From Halomonadaceae bacterium T82-2 (GTDB lineage: Bacteria; Pseudomonadota; Gammaproteobacteria; Pseudomonadales; Halomonadaceae): a stretch of 64,000 nt of DNA. Below, piece after piece: positions 31,689-41,337 of this stretch (the first letter of the stretch is position 1; the number at the start of each line of letters is the position of its first letter). The stretch lies in the NCBI GenBank assembly GCA_001577635.1, contig LSBP01000003.1, positions 41,267 through 105,266 on the forward strand. The letters are read 5' to 3'. Under the pieces are notes generated by a model, which had not been told where the DNA came from, did no database searches, and was given only the letters and a program-made list of their open reading frames with translations. The position numbers and the translations under genes are program-made.

Positions 31689-32960
31689 TCATTCGCCGGC
31701 AATCAGGCGGGGCAGCTTGACCTCGGTCAGGGTGCCGCCCTCTTCGTGATTGTAAAGACTCACGCCGCCGCCGAAGCGGTTGATGGTGGCGTGGGTCAGG
31801 AACAGGCCGATCCCCATCCCCTTGCTCTTGGTGGAGACGAACGTGTCGCCGAGCTGGTCGGCAATCGACATCGCCACGCCCGGGCCGTGGTCGCGGATGT
31901 CGATGATCACTTCCTCCTTGGTCCAGTCGAGGCTGATGACAATATCCTCGGGATTGGCGTCGGCGGCGTTGTTGAGCAGGTTCATCAATGCCTGCTCCAG
32001 GGTGGTGTCGACCGCCAGCACCGGGGTGCCGCGCTTGCCGAGGATCTCGATATGGTGAGTGACGTCCGGGCGCAGCACCAGCCAGCGCTGCACGACGTCC
32101 TCGAGCCAGGCCTGGGCCGGCAGCGAGGCGGGCTGGGCCAGGCGCCGGCGGTCGGCATTGGCGACCAGGTTCTGCAGCCGCGACTTGCAGGTATCGACCT
32201 GGCGGCGCAGCAGGTCGATGTCGGCCTCGAGAGTCGGCTGGCCGGCGGCATCCTCGCGCATTTCCTTGAGCAGCACCGCCATGGTGGAGAGCGGCGTGCC
32301 CAGTTCATGGGCGGTACCGGCCGCCTGGGTGGCCACCGCCAGCACCTGCTCGTTGCGCAGGGCCGCCTCGCGGGTCCGCGACAGGGCCAGGTCGCGGCGC
32401 CGCAGGGCGTGGGCCATCTTGAAGATGAAATAGGTGACCAGCCCCGCCGAGAGGCCGAAATTCAGCCACATGCCCAGCACATGCAGGCTGATGCCGGGGC
32501 CGATCATGCCATGGCTGAGCTGCGGCACCGGGTCGTAGAACAGCATCAGGAAGGTGTAGGCGGCCATTGCCGAGCTGGCGACGAGCCAGGCGTAGCGCCA
32601 GGGCAGGGTGGCCGCGGCGATGGTCACCGGCACCAGGTAGTAGGTGATGAAGGGGTTGGTGGAGCCGCCGGTGTAGAAGAACAGCAGGCTCAGCCCGGTA
32701 ATGTCCGCCATCAGGTGAAGAAGGTATTCGAGATCGGTAACCGCGCGAGGGCGCCCCAGTCGCCACCAGCTGGCGATGTTGATGAAGCCCATGGCGATGA
32801 TCACGCTGATGACCGGTACCACGCGCAGCTGGAAGCCGAGCACCTCGATGCCGAAGATGATCGCCGCCAGGAAGCCGGTCCAGGTGATGCCGCGCACGAA
32901 CGTCAGCCGCACCAGGTTGCGGTTGGGGGTCGACAACGGCAGGGGGGTGGGTTGTTGCAT
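31689..32960 (-). CDS. regB: Redox sensor histidine kinase, RegB/PrrB (RoxS) type
   Basis: 423 aa from ATG 32960 (GGAG SD). Six TM segments, the quinone-site heptapeptide GGSTNPF (GGXXNPF), the H-box HELGTPLSTM and an HATPase domain. Confidence 0.8.
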   Translation of the reverse strand: MQQPTPLPLSTPNRNLVRLTFVRGITWTGFLAAIIFGIEVLGFQLRVVPVISVIIAMGFINIASWWRLGRPRAVTDLEYLLHLMADITGLSLLFFYTGGSTNPFITYYLVPVTIAAATLPWRYAWLVASSAMAAYTFLMLFYDPVPQLSHGMIGPGISLHVLGMWLNFGLSAGLVTYFIFKMAHALRRRDLALSRTREAALRNEQVLAVATQAAGTAHELGTPLSTMAVLLKEMREDAAGQPTLEADIDLLRRQVDTCKSRLQNLVANADRRRLAQPASLPAQAWLEDVVQRWLVLRPDVTHHIEILGKRGTPVLAVDTTLEQALMNLLNNAADANPEDIVISLDWTKEEVIIDIRDHGPGVAMSIADQLGDTFVSTKSKGMGIGLFLTHATINRFGGGVSLYNHEEGGTLTEVKLPRLIAGE

Positions 32961-33153
32961 GGTGACTCCGGCTGTCTGGCTATGCGCATGATAACCGATG
33001 ACGGCACCGGGCTCAGTCCCCTTGAGCAAGCGCGTGCGTGCTGACGACATTCCGCGCCTGTCACGCTACAATCGCGGCCATTCTGCAAGCCATGCCATCC
33101 GGGTGCGCCACCGAAGCGCACCGGGCCGAGCACCAATCAGCGATACCTCATTC

Positions 33154-34743
33154 ATGACAGATACCCAGATAGCGCGTGAAGCCGAGCTGCGCCGCACGTT
33201 TGCGATAATCTCGCACCCCGACGCGGGGAAGACCACCATCACCGAGAAGCTGCTGCTGTTCGGCAATGCCATCCAGCTGGCCGGCTCGGTGAAGAGCAAG
33301 CGCAACGACCGCCATGCCACCTCCGACTGGATGAAGATGGAGCAGGAGCGCGGCATCTCGGTGACCACCTCGGTGATGCAGTTCCCCTACAAGGGGCGCA
33401 TCGTCAACCTGCTCGACACCCCCGGGCACGAGGACTTCTCCGAGGACACCTACCGCACGCTGACCGCGGTGGATTCGGCGCTGATGGTGATCGACGGCGC
33501 CAAGGGTGTCGAGGATCGCACCATCAAGCTGATGGAGGTGTGCCGGCTGCGTACCACGCCGATCCTCACCTTCATCAACAAGATGGACCGCGACATCCGC
33601 GACCCCATCGAGGTGATGGACGAGGTCGAGACGGTGCTCAACATCCAGTGTGCCCCGATGACCTGGCCGATCGGCATGGGCCGGCACTTCAGGGGCGTCT
33701 ACCATCTCTACGACGACGTCATCCACCTCTACAAGCAGGGCCAGGGCAACCGCATCCCCGATGATGTGCGCATCGAGGGGCTCGATAGCCCCGAGGTCGA
33801 CGAGGTGCTGGGCGCCGACCAGGCCGAGGAACTGCGCATGGAGGTCGAGCTGGTGCGCGGCGCTTCCCACACCTTCGATCTCGAGGCCTATCGGCGTGGC
33901 GAGCTGACGCCGGTCTACTTCGGTACCGCCATGGGCAACTTCGGGGTGCGCGAGATGCTCGACGGCTTCGTCGAGTACGCCCCCATGCCGCAGCCCCGCG
34001 AGACCGACACCCGCGAGGTGGCGGCGGGCGACGAGCGCTTCACCGGGTTCGTCTTCAAGATCCAGGCCAACATGGACCCCAAGCATCGCGACCGGGTGGC
34101 CTTCCTGCGCGTCTGTTCGGGCAAGTACGAGAAGAATATGAAGATGCGTCATGTGCGCATCGGCAAGGACGTCAAGATCGCCGATGCCCTGACCTTCATG
34201 GCCTCGGACCGCGAACATGTGGAGGAGGCCTGGCCGGGTGACATCATCGGGCTGCACAATCACGGCACCATCCAGATCGGCGATACCTTCACGCTCGGCG
34301 AGGATATGCGCTTCACCGGCATCCCGCACTTCGCGCCGGAGTTGTTCAAGCGCGTCCGGCTCCGGGACCCGTTGAAGATGAAGGCGCTGCAGAAGGGCCT
34401 GCAGCAGCTCTCGGAGGAGGGCGCGACCCAGGTCTTCATGCCGCTGGACAACAATGACCTGATCGTTGGTGCGGTCGGGGCGCTGCAGTTCGACGTGGTC
34501 GCTCATCGCCTCAAGGAGGAGTACAAGGTCGACTGTATCTACGAGGGGGTCAACGTCCAGACCGCGCGCTGGGTCTACTGCGACGATGCCAAGAAACTCG
34601 ACGAGTTCCGGCGCAAGGCGAGCACCAACCTGGCGCTCGACGGCGGCGGCTACCTGACCTATCTGGCGCCGACCCGGGTCAACCTGCAGATGACCCAGGA
34701 GCGCTGGCCGGAGGTGCGCTTCAACGCCACCCGCGAGCACTGA
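33154..34743 (+). CDS. prfC: Peptide chain release factor 3
   Basis: 529 aa. [25 protein letters not shown] GTPase N-terminus, colinear with RF3. Confidence 0.95.
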   Translation: MTDTQIAREAELRRTFAIISHPDAGKTTITEKLLLFGNAIQLAGSVKSKRNDRHATSDWMKMEQERGISVTTSVMQFPYKGRIVNLLDTPGHEDFSEDTYRTLTAVDSALMVIDGAKGVEDRTIKLMEVCRLRTTPILTFINKMDRDIRDPIEVMDEVETVLNIQCAPMTWPIGMGRHFRGVYHLYDDVIHLYKQGQGNRIPDDVRIEGLDSPEVDEVLGADQAEELRMEVELVRGASHTFDLEAYRRGELTPVYFGTAMGNFGVREMLDGFVEYAPMPQPRETDTREVAAGDERFTGFVFKIQANMDPKHRDRVAFLRVCSGKYEKNMKMRHVRIGKDVKIADALTFMASDREHVEEAWPGDIIGLHNHGTIQIGDTFTLGEDMRFTGIPHFAPELFKRVRLRDPLKMKALQKGLQQLSEEGATQVFMPLDNNDLIVGAVGALQFDVVAHRLKEEYKVDCIYEGVNVQTARWVYCDDAKKLDEFRRKASTNLALDGGGYLTYLAPTRVNLQMTQERWPEVRFNATREH

Positions 34744-34773
34744 GCGGGCATCGTCCGGAGCCCTTGAAAGCGT

Positions 34774-35541
34774 ATGCTGATCGACGCCCATTGCCATCTC
34801 GACTTCGCGGCCTTCGACGAGGATCGCGACGACGTCTTCACGCGGGCCCGCGAGGCCGGCGTTGGTCACTTCGTTGTCCCGGGCACCACGCGTGCCGCCT
34901 GGGATGACGTGTTGGCGCTCGGCACCCGGGAGGACGTCAGTGTCTGCCTCGGCCTGCACCCCTATTTCACGGAGCGGCATGGCGAGGGGGATGTCGAAGC
35001 GCTGGCGCAGGCTCTCGACGCACATCCCGAGGTGGTGGCGGTGGGTGAATGCGGCATCGACGCGCGTTTCACGGACAGCCTGGACGCCCAGTGGCGGCTG
35101 TTCGATGCTCAGGTGCGACTGGCCAGGGATCGGCGCCTGCCGCTGGTGATTCACTGCGTACAGTGCAACGACAAGCTCGCCAAGCGACTGCGCCAGCTGG
35201 CACCGCCGGCCGGCGGGCTGATCCATGCCTTTGCCGGCAGCCCCGAGCAGGCCCGGGCGTTCCTCGATCTGGGCTTCGTTGTGGGGCTGGGCGGGGCGGT
35301 GACCTATCCGCGTGCCCGGCGGCTGGCCCGCATGGTCGCGGCATTGCCGGATGATGGCTATGTGCTTGAAACCGACAGCCCCGACATGCCGCTGTGCGGC
35401 TTTCAGGGGCAACGCAACGAGCCGGCCCGGGTCGCTCGGGTGGCCGAGCGCGTCGCATCGCTGCGCCGCCAGGAGGTGGCGGAGATCGCCGCGCGGAGTT
35501 CGGCCACCGCGCGGCGCCTCTTCGGTCTGGGTGGTGGCTGA
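34774..35541 (+). CDS. TatD-family metal-dependent hydrolase
   Basis: 255 aa. MLIDAHCHLDF, GECGID and HAFAG are TatD/YjjV signatures. Confidence 0.85.
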   Translation: MLIDAHCHLDFAAFDEDRDDVFTRAREAGVGHFVVPGTTRAAWDDVLALGTREDVSVCLGLHPYFTERHGEGDVEALAQALDAHPEVVAVGECGIDARFTDSLDAQWRLFDAQVRLARDRRLPLVIHCVQCNDKLAKRLRQLAPPAGGLIHAFAGSPEQARAFLDLGFVVGLGGAVTYPRARRLARMVAALPDDGYVLETDSPDMPLCGFQGQRNEPARVARVAERVASLRRQEVAEIAARSSATARRLFGLGGG

Positions 35542-35564
35542 GTCCGAGGCTGAAGGCCGGGGAG

Positions 35565-36614
35565 TCAGCCGGCGTCCGCCGCCAGGCTTTCCGGGTCGAG
35601 GCGTTCCAGCGCATAGGGCAGCTTGAGCCGCTGCAGCGGCTGCCCCGCCACGCTCAGCGGCTCGGGTACCTCGCGGGTGGTCAATACGGCGAGAATCTCG
35701 GCCTTGTCGTGGGCGTCCAGCGCCGCGGCGACCACCTCACCCCGGGGCTTGCCGTCGGCATCGGTCACCTCGTCGCCGATTGTCGGCAGCGTGGCGCCGC
35801 CGAGCTGGGCACGAACCAGGCGCTTCTTGACCTGACCGCGAAAGTGCGCGCGGGCGACGACCTCCTGGCCGGTGTAGCAGCCCTTCTTGAAGCTCACCCC
35901 GCCGAGCGCCTCCCAGTTGAACATCTGCGGCAGATAGGCGTCCTGCTGGCCGGCGTCCAGCCAGGCCAGACCGGCCTGGACGTCCTGCCATTGCCAGACG
36001 GCGTTGCCCATCGCCACGGCATTGCGGGCGAGGGCCTCCCAGGCTTCGCGGGCCGCCGCCGTGGGCAGGCACAGCAGCAGGCGCGGCAGACTGCCGGGAT
36101 GACGCAGCACCACCCCCTCGCCGAGCCGAGCCTGATGCCAGACGGCCGGCGGGCGCACGTCCAGGCGTGTCTCTAGCAGCGCCGGGGCATCGCGGCCGCT
36201 AAGGCCGATCAGCGCCAGGTCGTCGCGGGCATGCAACGTGACCTGATAGAAGGGGGCAAACTTGCCCAGATGGGCGCGCAGCGGCTCGACCAGTCCGGCC
36301 GTCATCACCAGCCAGTAGGTGTCCGGGGCAGGGTGCAGCAGCTGCGCATTGGCCAGCATGCGCCCCTTGGGCGTGCAGAAGGCCGTGGGCGCGGCGAGGT
36401 CGCCGTCGGCCAGGTCGAGCTGGGCGCTGGTCTGGCCCTGCAGGAAGCGCCTGGCGTCGCTGCCGCTGACTTCCAGTACCCCGAGGTGGACGAGCGGCAT
36501 CAGGGCCGTCGCCTCCTGGGCCTGATGTGCCTGGTGTGGATCGCCGAAATCGCGATGGCGGTCGTCGACGCGACGCGCGCCCAGGCCGTCGAGGTAAGCG
36601 TTCCAGTCGGTCAT
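35565..36614 (-). CDS. ygfZ: Folate-binding tRNA-modification/Fe-S protein YgfZ
   Basis: 349 aa. GcvT-like fold with the signature KGCYTGQE motif. Confidence 0.8.
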   Translation of the reverse strand: MTDWNAYLDGLGARRVDDRHRDFGDPHQAHQAQEATALMPLVHLGVLEVSGSDARRFLQGQTSAQLDLADGDLAAPTAFCTPKGRMLANAQLLHPAPDTYWLVMTAGLVEPLRAHLGKFAPFYQVTLHARDDLALIGLSGRDAPALLETRLDVRPPAVWHQARLGEGVVLRHPGSLPRLLLCLPTAAAREAWEALARNAVAMGNAVWQWQDVQAGLAWLDAGQQDAYLPQMFNWEALGGVSFKKGCYTGQEVVARAHFRGQVKKRLVRAQLGGATLPTIGDEVTDADGKPRGEVVAAALDAHDKAEILAVLTTREVPEPLSVAGQPLQRLKLPYALERLDPESLAADAG

Positions 36615-36751
36615 TCTCTCTCCCTTGCCAGGCCGTCGATTCACTGACTGCAATGTGGGGGCGCCGCGCGAAAATGCAAGACGCTCGATGCCGCGGGCGG
36701 CGTGCTAGACTGGGCGTTCCACGCGCGGCTCGAGCAACGAGGAGAGAACCC

Positions 36752-36946
36752 ATGGCGCAGGGCATTTCACTGACCTTCACCAATGTCGATGATGCGGACA
36801 CCGTCAACCGGCTGACCACGGCGCTGATGATGGTCGACGGGGTCGAGAGTGCCGAGGTGGGCCGCCACGGCGCGGAAGTCGAGGGCCGGGTGACACGCGA
36901 GGCGCTGCTGCGTGCCGTGCGCAAGCTGGGCGTCGAGGCACGCTGA
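36752..36946 (+). CDS. Small HMA-fold (ferredoxin-like) protein lacking the CxxC metal site
   Basis: 64 aa, MAQGISLTFTNVDDADTVNRLTTALMMVDGVESAEVGRHGAEVEGRVTREALLRAVRKLGVEAR. Pattern of a heavy-metal-associated domain, but NVDDADT replaces GMTCxxC. GAGGAGAG SD. Confidence 0.5.
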   Translation: MAQGISLTFTNVDDADTVNRLTTALMMVDGVESAEVGRHGAEVEGRVTREALLRAVRKLGVEAR

Positions 36947-36958
36947 GAGGAGAGGGCA

Positions 36959-37375
36959 ATGAGCATTACCGTCAGCAGTGTCGATGCGCAGGGGCTGCGC
37001 CAGCGTGTCGTGGTCGACTCCTTCGAGGAACTGTTCGCCGACGCCCCCGTGGTGGTCGGTGGCGACGAGACGGCGCCGGACCCCCACGACTATTTCGACC
37101 TGGCGCTGGGCACCTGCAAGGCGATCACCGCGCGGATGTACGCGCGGCGCAAGGGCTGGCCGCTCGAGGCGGTCGAGGTGCAGGTGACCCGCAACGATCG
37201 CGAGGAGCGCCACGGCCGCTACGACCTCGACGTGGCGCTCAGCTTCACGGGGCCGCTGGATGCCGACCAGCGCCGGCGGCTCGCCGAGATCAGCGATCGC
37301 TGCCCGATCCATCGCCTCATGACCGACGCCACGGTCACCATCCGCACGACGCTGGAGGAGGCCGCGGGCGCTTGA
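36959..37375 (+). CDS. OsmC/Ohr-family protein
   Basis: 138 aa. [19 protein letters not shown] and the [10 protein letters not shown] two-cysteine layout are typical of the OsmC family. Confidence 0.8.
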   Translation: MSITVSSVDAQGLRQRVVVDSFEELFADAPVVVGGDETAPDPHDYFDLALGTCKAITARMYARRKGWPLEAVEVQVTRNDREERHGRYDLDVALSFTGPLDADQRRRLAEISDRCPIHRLMTDATVTIRTTLEEAAGA

Positions 37376-37406
37376 AGTTGTCCCCGGGCGCCTGCATCTC
37401 ACCGTC

Positions 37407-39437
37407 ATGAGCAAACCATTCCGCATCCAGTCGCAGTATCGCCCGGCCGGTGACCAGCCGACGGCCATCGACGGCCTGGTCAGGGGGCTCGAGGCCGGCC
37501 TGGCCTACCAGACCCTGCTGGGCGTGACCGGCTCGGGCAAGACCTTCACCATGGCCAACGTGGTCGAACGCCTGCAGCGCCCGACCATCGTGCTGGCGCC
37601 CAACAAGACCCTGGCCGCCCAGCTCTACGGCGAGTTCAAGTCGTTCCTTCCCGACAACGCCGTGGAGTATTTCGTCTCCTACTACGACTACTATCAGCCG
37701 GAAGCCTATGTGCCGTCGTCGGACACCTTCATCGAGAAGGATGCCTCGATCAACGACCATATCGAGCAGATGCGGCTGTCGGCCACCAAGGCGCTGCTCG
37801 AGCGCCGTGATGCGCTGATCGTTGCCTCGGTGTCGGCGATCTATGGTCTCGGCGATCCGGACCAGTACCTGAAGATGCGGCTGCACTTCAACCGCGGGGA
37901 GCTGATCGACCAGCGCTCCTTCCTGCGGCGGCTCGCCGAGCTGCAGTACACCCGCAACGACATGGACTTCCGGCGCGGCACCTACCGGGTGCGTGGCGAC
38001 GTGATCGACATCTTCCCCGCGGATGCCGAGGAAGAGGCGGTGCGCGTCGAACTGTTCGACGACGAGATCGAGTCGATCCGGCTGTTCGATCCGCTGACCG
38101 GCGAGCTGCGCGACAAGGTACCGCGCATGACCATCTACCCCAAGAGCCACTACGTGACGCCGCGCGAGACGATCCTCGAGGCAACCGAGCATATCAAGGC
38201 GGAACTCGCCGAGCGTCTCGAGTGGCTGCGCAGCAACGACCGGCTGGTCGAGGCCCAGCGTCTCGAGCAGCGCACCCTCTACGATATCGAGATGATGCTC
38301 GAGCTGGGCTACTGCAACGGCATCGAAAACTACTCGCGCTATCTGTCCGGGCGGGCGCCGGGCGAGCCACCGCCGACCTTCTTCGACTACCTGCCCGACG
38401 ATGCCATCCTGTTCATCGACGAGTCCCACGTCAGCGTTCCCCAGGTGGGCGGCATGTACAAGGGCGACCGCTCGCGCAAGGAGACGCTGGTGGAATATGG
38501 CTTCCGTCTGCCCTCGGCACTGGACAACCGGCCGATGACGTTCGAGGAGTGGGAGCGCATCTGCCCGCAGACGGTGTTCGTCTCGGCCACGCCGGGCCCC
38601 TACGAGGCCGAGCATGCCGGCCAGGTGGTCGAGCAGGTGGTGCGTCCCACCGGGCTGCTCGACCCCGAGGTCGAGGTGCGTCCGGCCTCCACCCAGGTCG
38701 ACGACCTGCTCTCGGAGATCCGCTTGCGCAACGAGGTCGGCGAGCGGGTGCTGGTCACCACCCTGACCAAGCGCATGGCCGAGGACCTGACCGAATACCT
38801 CGACGAGCACGATGTCCGTGTCCGCTACCTGCACTCGGATATCGACACCGTCGAACGGGTGGAGATCATTCGTGACCTGCGGCTGGGCAAGTTCGACGTG
38901 CTGGTGGGGATCAACCTGCTGCGCGAGGGGCTCGACATTCCCGAGGTGTCGCTGGTGGCGATTCTCGATGCCGACAAGGAAGGCTTCCTGCGCGCCGAGC
39001 GTTCGCTGATCCAGACCATCGGCCGTGCCGCCCGCAACGCCAACGGCAAGGCGATCCTCTACGGCGACCGGGTCACCGACTCGATGCGCCGGGCGATCGA
39101 CGAGACCGAGCGGCGTCGCGCCAAGCAGATCGCCCACAACGAAACACATGGCATCGTGCCGCGGACCGTCACCAAGTCGGTCGCCGACATCATGGAAGGC
39201 GCCCAGACCCCGGGCAAGAAGGGCGCGCGCCGCAAGGGCGAGCGCAAGGTGGCCGAGCCGGCCGGCGAGTATGGCCTGGAAACCCTGCGCACGCTGTCGG
39301 TGCCCGAACTGACCCGCGAGATCGCCAGGCTCGAGGACGCCATGCACGAGGCGGCCCAGAACCTCGAGTTCGAGGAGGCGGCGCGCCTGCGCGATCAGGC
39401 CCAGGCGCTCAATGCGCGGCTGCTCGAACTGAAATGA
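37407..39437 (+). CDS. uvrB: Excinuclease ABC subunit B
   Basis: 676 aa. [12 protein letters not shown] Walker A, helicase motifs and a C-terminal UVR domain ([12 protein letters not shown]). Confidence 0.97.
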   Translation: MSKPFRIQSQYRPAGDQPTAIDGLVRGLEAGLAYQTLLGVTGSGKTFTMANVVERLQRPTIVLAPNKTLAAQLYGEFKSFLPDNAVEYFVSYYDYYQPEAYVPSSDTFIEKDASINDHIEQMRLSATKALLERRDALIVASVSAIYGLGDPDQYLKMRLHFNRGELIDQRSFLRRLAELQYTRNDMDFRRGTYRVRGDVIDIFPADAEEEAVRVELFDDEIESIRLFDPLTGELRDKVPRMTIYPKSHYVTPRETILEATEHIKAELAERLEWLRSNDRLVEAQRLEQRTLYDIEMMLELGYCNGIENYSRYLSGRAPGEPPPTFFDYLPDDAILFIDESHVSVPQVGGMYKGDRSRKETLVEYGFRLPSALDNRPMTFEEWERICPQTVFVSATPGPYEAEHAGQVVEQVVRPTGLLDPEVEVRPASTQVDDLLSEIRLRNEVGERVLVTTLTKRMAEDLTEYLDEHDVRVRYLHSDIDTVERVEIIRDLRLGKFDVLVGINLLREGLDIPEVSLVAILDADKEGFLRAERSLIQTIGRAARNANGKAILYGDRVTDSMRRAIDETERRRAKQIAHNETHGIVPRTVTKSVADIMEGAQTPGKKGARRKGERKVAEPAGEYGLETLRTLSVPELTREIARLEDAMHEAAQNLEFEEAARLRDQAQALNARLLELK

Positions 39438-39445
39438 CCCGGTGT

Positions 39446-39477
39446 CGAGGCGGCGGCCCTGCGGGGCCGCCGCCTCG
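39446..39477. terminator. Hairpin between convergent uvrB and the PoxB-like gene
   Basis: CGAGGCGGCGGCCC-tgcg-GGGCCGCCGCCTCG, a 14-bp perfect stem. No U-tract on either side. Confidence 0.55.
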
Positions 39478-39492
39478 CTCGGGCTCTGCCGG

Positions 39493-41289
39493 CTAGTCCT
39501 TGTCCTTGTGACGACCCAGCAGGGTGCGGCCCAGCTGCTTGGCGGAGAGCCGGGCATGATGCGTGGCCGAGTCGTCGCCCTTGAGCATCGAGGCCAGGTA
39601 GTGCCTGGCCTGCTCGAGCTTGATATGCGGCGGCAGCGGCGCCACGTCGCCATCGGTGTAGGCATTGATCACCACCGGCCGGTCGGCGGCGAAGGCCTGA
39701 TCCCAGACCTGGTCGATCTCCTCGGCGCGTTCCAGGCGCAACCCTTCCAGCCCCAGCAGGCGGGCGTACTCGTCGAAGGCGAAGTCGGGCAGGTCCTGCG
39801 AGGTGGTGAAGCGCGGGTCGCCCTCCATGACCCGCTGCTCCCAGGTCACCTGGCTGAGGTCGCGGTTGTTGAGCACCAGCACGATGCAGCGCGGGTTCTC
39901 CCACTCGCGCCAGTACTTGGCCAGGGTGATCAGGGCCTGGTTGCCGAGCATCTGCATGGCGCCGTCGCCGACCATGGCCACCGCCGGGCGCTGCGGGTGG
40001 GCGAACTTGGCGGCCAGCAGGTAGGGAATGCCATTGCCCATCGAGGCCAGACCGCCGGACACCGAGCCGAGCATGCCGCGGCGGACCTTGATGTAGCGGG
40101 CGTACCAGTTGGTGGCGCTGCCCACGTCACAGGCGAGCATCGCGTCATCCGGCAGGCGCGGCGAGAGGGCCTGGAACAGCCGCTGCGGGTTGATGGGGCT
40201 GGCGTCGGTGGCGGCGCGCTCGTCGGTGATCCGCCACCAGTCGTCGATCCACTCCTGGACGCGCCCGTGCCATGTCCGGTCGTCCTTGTAGGCGACCCGC
40301 TCGGTCAGGGCGGCCAGGGTGCCGCGGGCATCGCCATGCAGGTTGATCTCGGTGGGATAGCGCAGCCCCAGGGCCGCGGGGGCGACATCGATCTGCACGG
40401 CGCGCGCCTGGCCCGACTTGGGCAGGAACTCGGCATAGGGAAAGCGGGTGCCGACCAGCAGCAGGGTGTCGCACTCCTCCATCATCTTCTCGCTGGCCTC
40501 GGTACCCAGCAGGCCGATGGTGCCGGTCACCCCGGGCGCGTCGTCGGGGATCATGGTCTTGGCCAGGATCGCCTTGGCGATACCGGCGCCGAGACGATCG
40601 GCGAGGGTCAGCAGTTCATCGACGGCGTGCTTGACGCCGGCGCCGGCGAGGATCGCCACCTTCTCGCCCTGGTCGAGCAGGGCGGCCGCGGCGTCGAGAT
40701 CGGCCGGCTCGGGGAGGCGTTGCGGGCGGCGGTAGCCGACCCCCGAGAAGACCGCGCCGTGAGTGGCGGGCGGGTCGGCCATGGGCAGGTCCTGCACGTC
40801 GTTGGGCAGGATCACGCAGGTCACGGTGCGTTCGGCGATGGCGATGCGCAGCGCCTGGTCGATGACGTGCCGGGCCTGGGCGGGCTCGGTGACCATCTGC
40901 ACATAGTCGCCGGCGACGTCCTTGTAGAGCGCGATCAGGTCGAGCTCTTGCTGGTAGTCGGTGCCCAGGCTCATGCGCGCCTGCTGACCGACGATCGCCA
41001 CCGCCGGCATGTGGTCCTTGCGCGCGTCGTACAGGCCGTTGAGCAGATGCACCGCCCCCGGGCCCGAGGTCGCCACGCACACCCCCACCTCGTCGCTGAA
41101 CTTGGCATGGCCGCTGGCCATGAAGGCGGCGACTTCCTCGTGGCGCGGCTGGATCAGGCGCGGCCCGTCCTCGGCGCGGCGCAGGGCGGCCATGAAGCCG
41201 TTGATGCCGTCGCCGGAATAGCCGTACAGGCGCCCGACGCCCCACTCCTTGAGACGCGAGACGATGAAGTCGCTGACCGTGTCTGACAT
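39493..41289 (-). CDS. Thiamine-diphosphate/FAD enzyme, pyruvate:quinone oxidoreductase (PoxB)-like
   Basis: 598 aa. Has the N-terminal ThDP PYR domain (GYSGDGINGF, ATSGPGAVHLLNGLYDA), a central FAD-type domain and a C-terminal PP domain (GSMGNGIPYLLAAK, VGDGAMQM). GAGGAGG SD. Confidence 0.8.
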   Translation of the reverse strand: MSDTVSDFIVSRLKEWGVGRLYGYSGDGINGFMAALRRAEDGPRLIQPRHEEVAAFMASGHAKFSDEVGVCVATSGPGAVHLLNGLYDARKDHMPAVAIVGQQARMSLGTDYQQELDLIALYKDVAGDYVQMVTEPAQARHVIDQALRIAIAERTVTCVILPNDVQDLPMADPPATHGAVFSGVGYRRPQRLPEPADLDAAAALLDQGEKVAILAGAGVKHAVDELLTLADRLGAGIAKAILAKTMIPDDAPGVTGTIGLLGTEASEKMMEECDTLLLVGTRFPYAEFLPKSGQARAVQIDVAPAALGLRYPTEINLHGDARGTLAALTERVAYKDDRTWHGRVQEWIDDWWRITDERAATDASPINPQRLFQALSPRLPDDAMLACDVGSATNWYARYIKVRRGMLGSVSGGLASMGNGIPYLLAAKFAHPQRPAVAMVGDGAMQMLGNQALITLAKYWREWENPRCIVLVLNNRDLSQVTWEQRVMEGDPRFTTSQDLPDFAFDEYARLLGLEGLRLERAEEIDQVWDQAFAADRPVVINAYTDGDVAPLPPHIKLEQARHYLASMLKGDDSATHHARLSAKQLGRTLLGRHKDKD

Positions 41290-41337
41290 GCTTTCCCTCC
41301 TCTGGATGTGCGTGAAGCCGTTCGGCATCGTGCCGGG

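Noticed and set aside
33148-35412. Very long ORFs antisense to, or out of frame with, confident genes. Examples: 33148-35412(-) over prfC/tatD, 537-1556(-), 2393-3862(-), 6551-8518(-), 13875-15413(+), 21497-23101(+), 37335-39665(-), 39442-41286(+), 40616-43150(-), 43141-44715(-), 44951-46495(-), 53312-55090(-).
   Set aside because: These are typical shadow ORFs of a high-GC genome, where stop codons are rare off-frame. Their translations are Arg/Ala/Gly/Pro-rich low-complexity strings with no recognisable motifs. The overlapped frames encode textbook proteins end to end.
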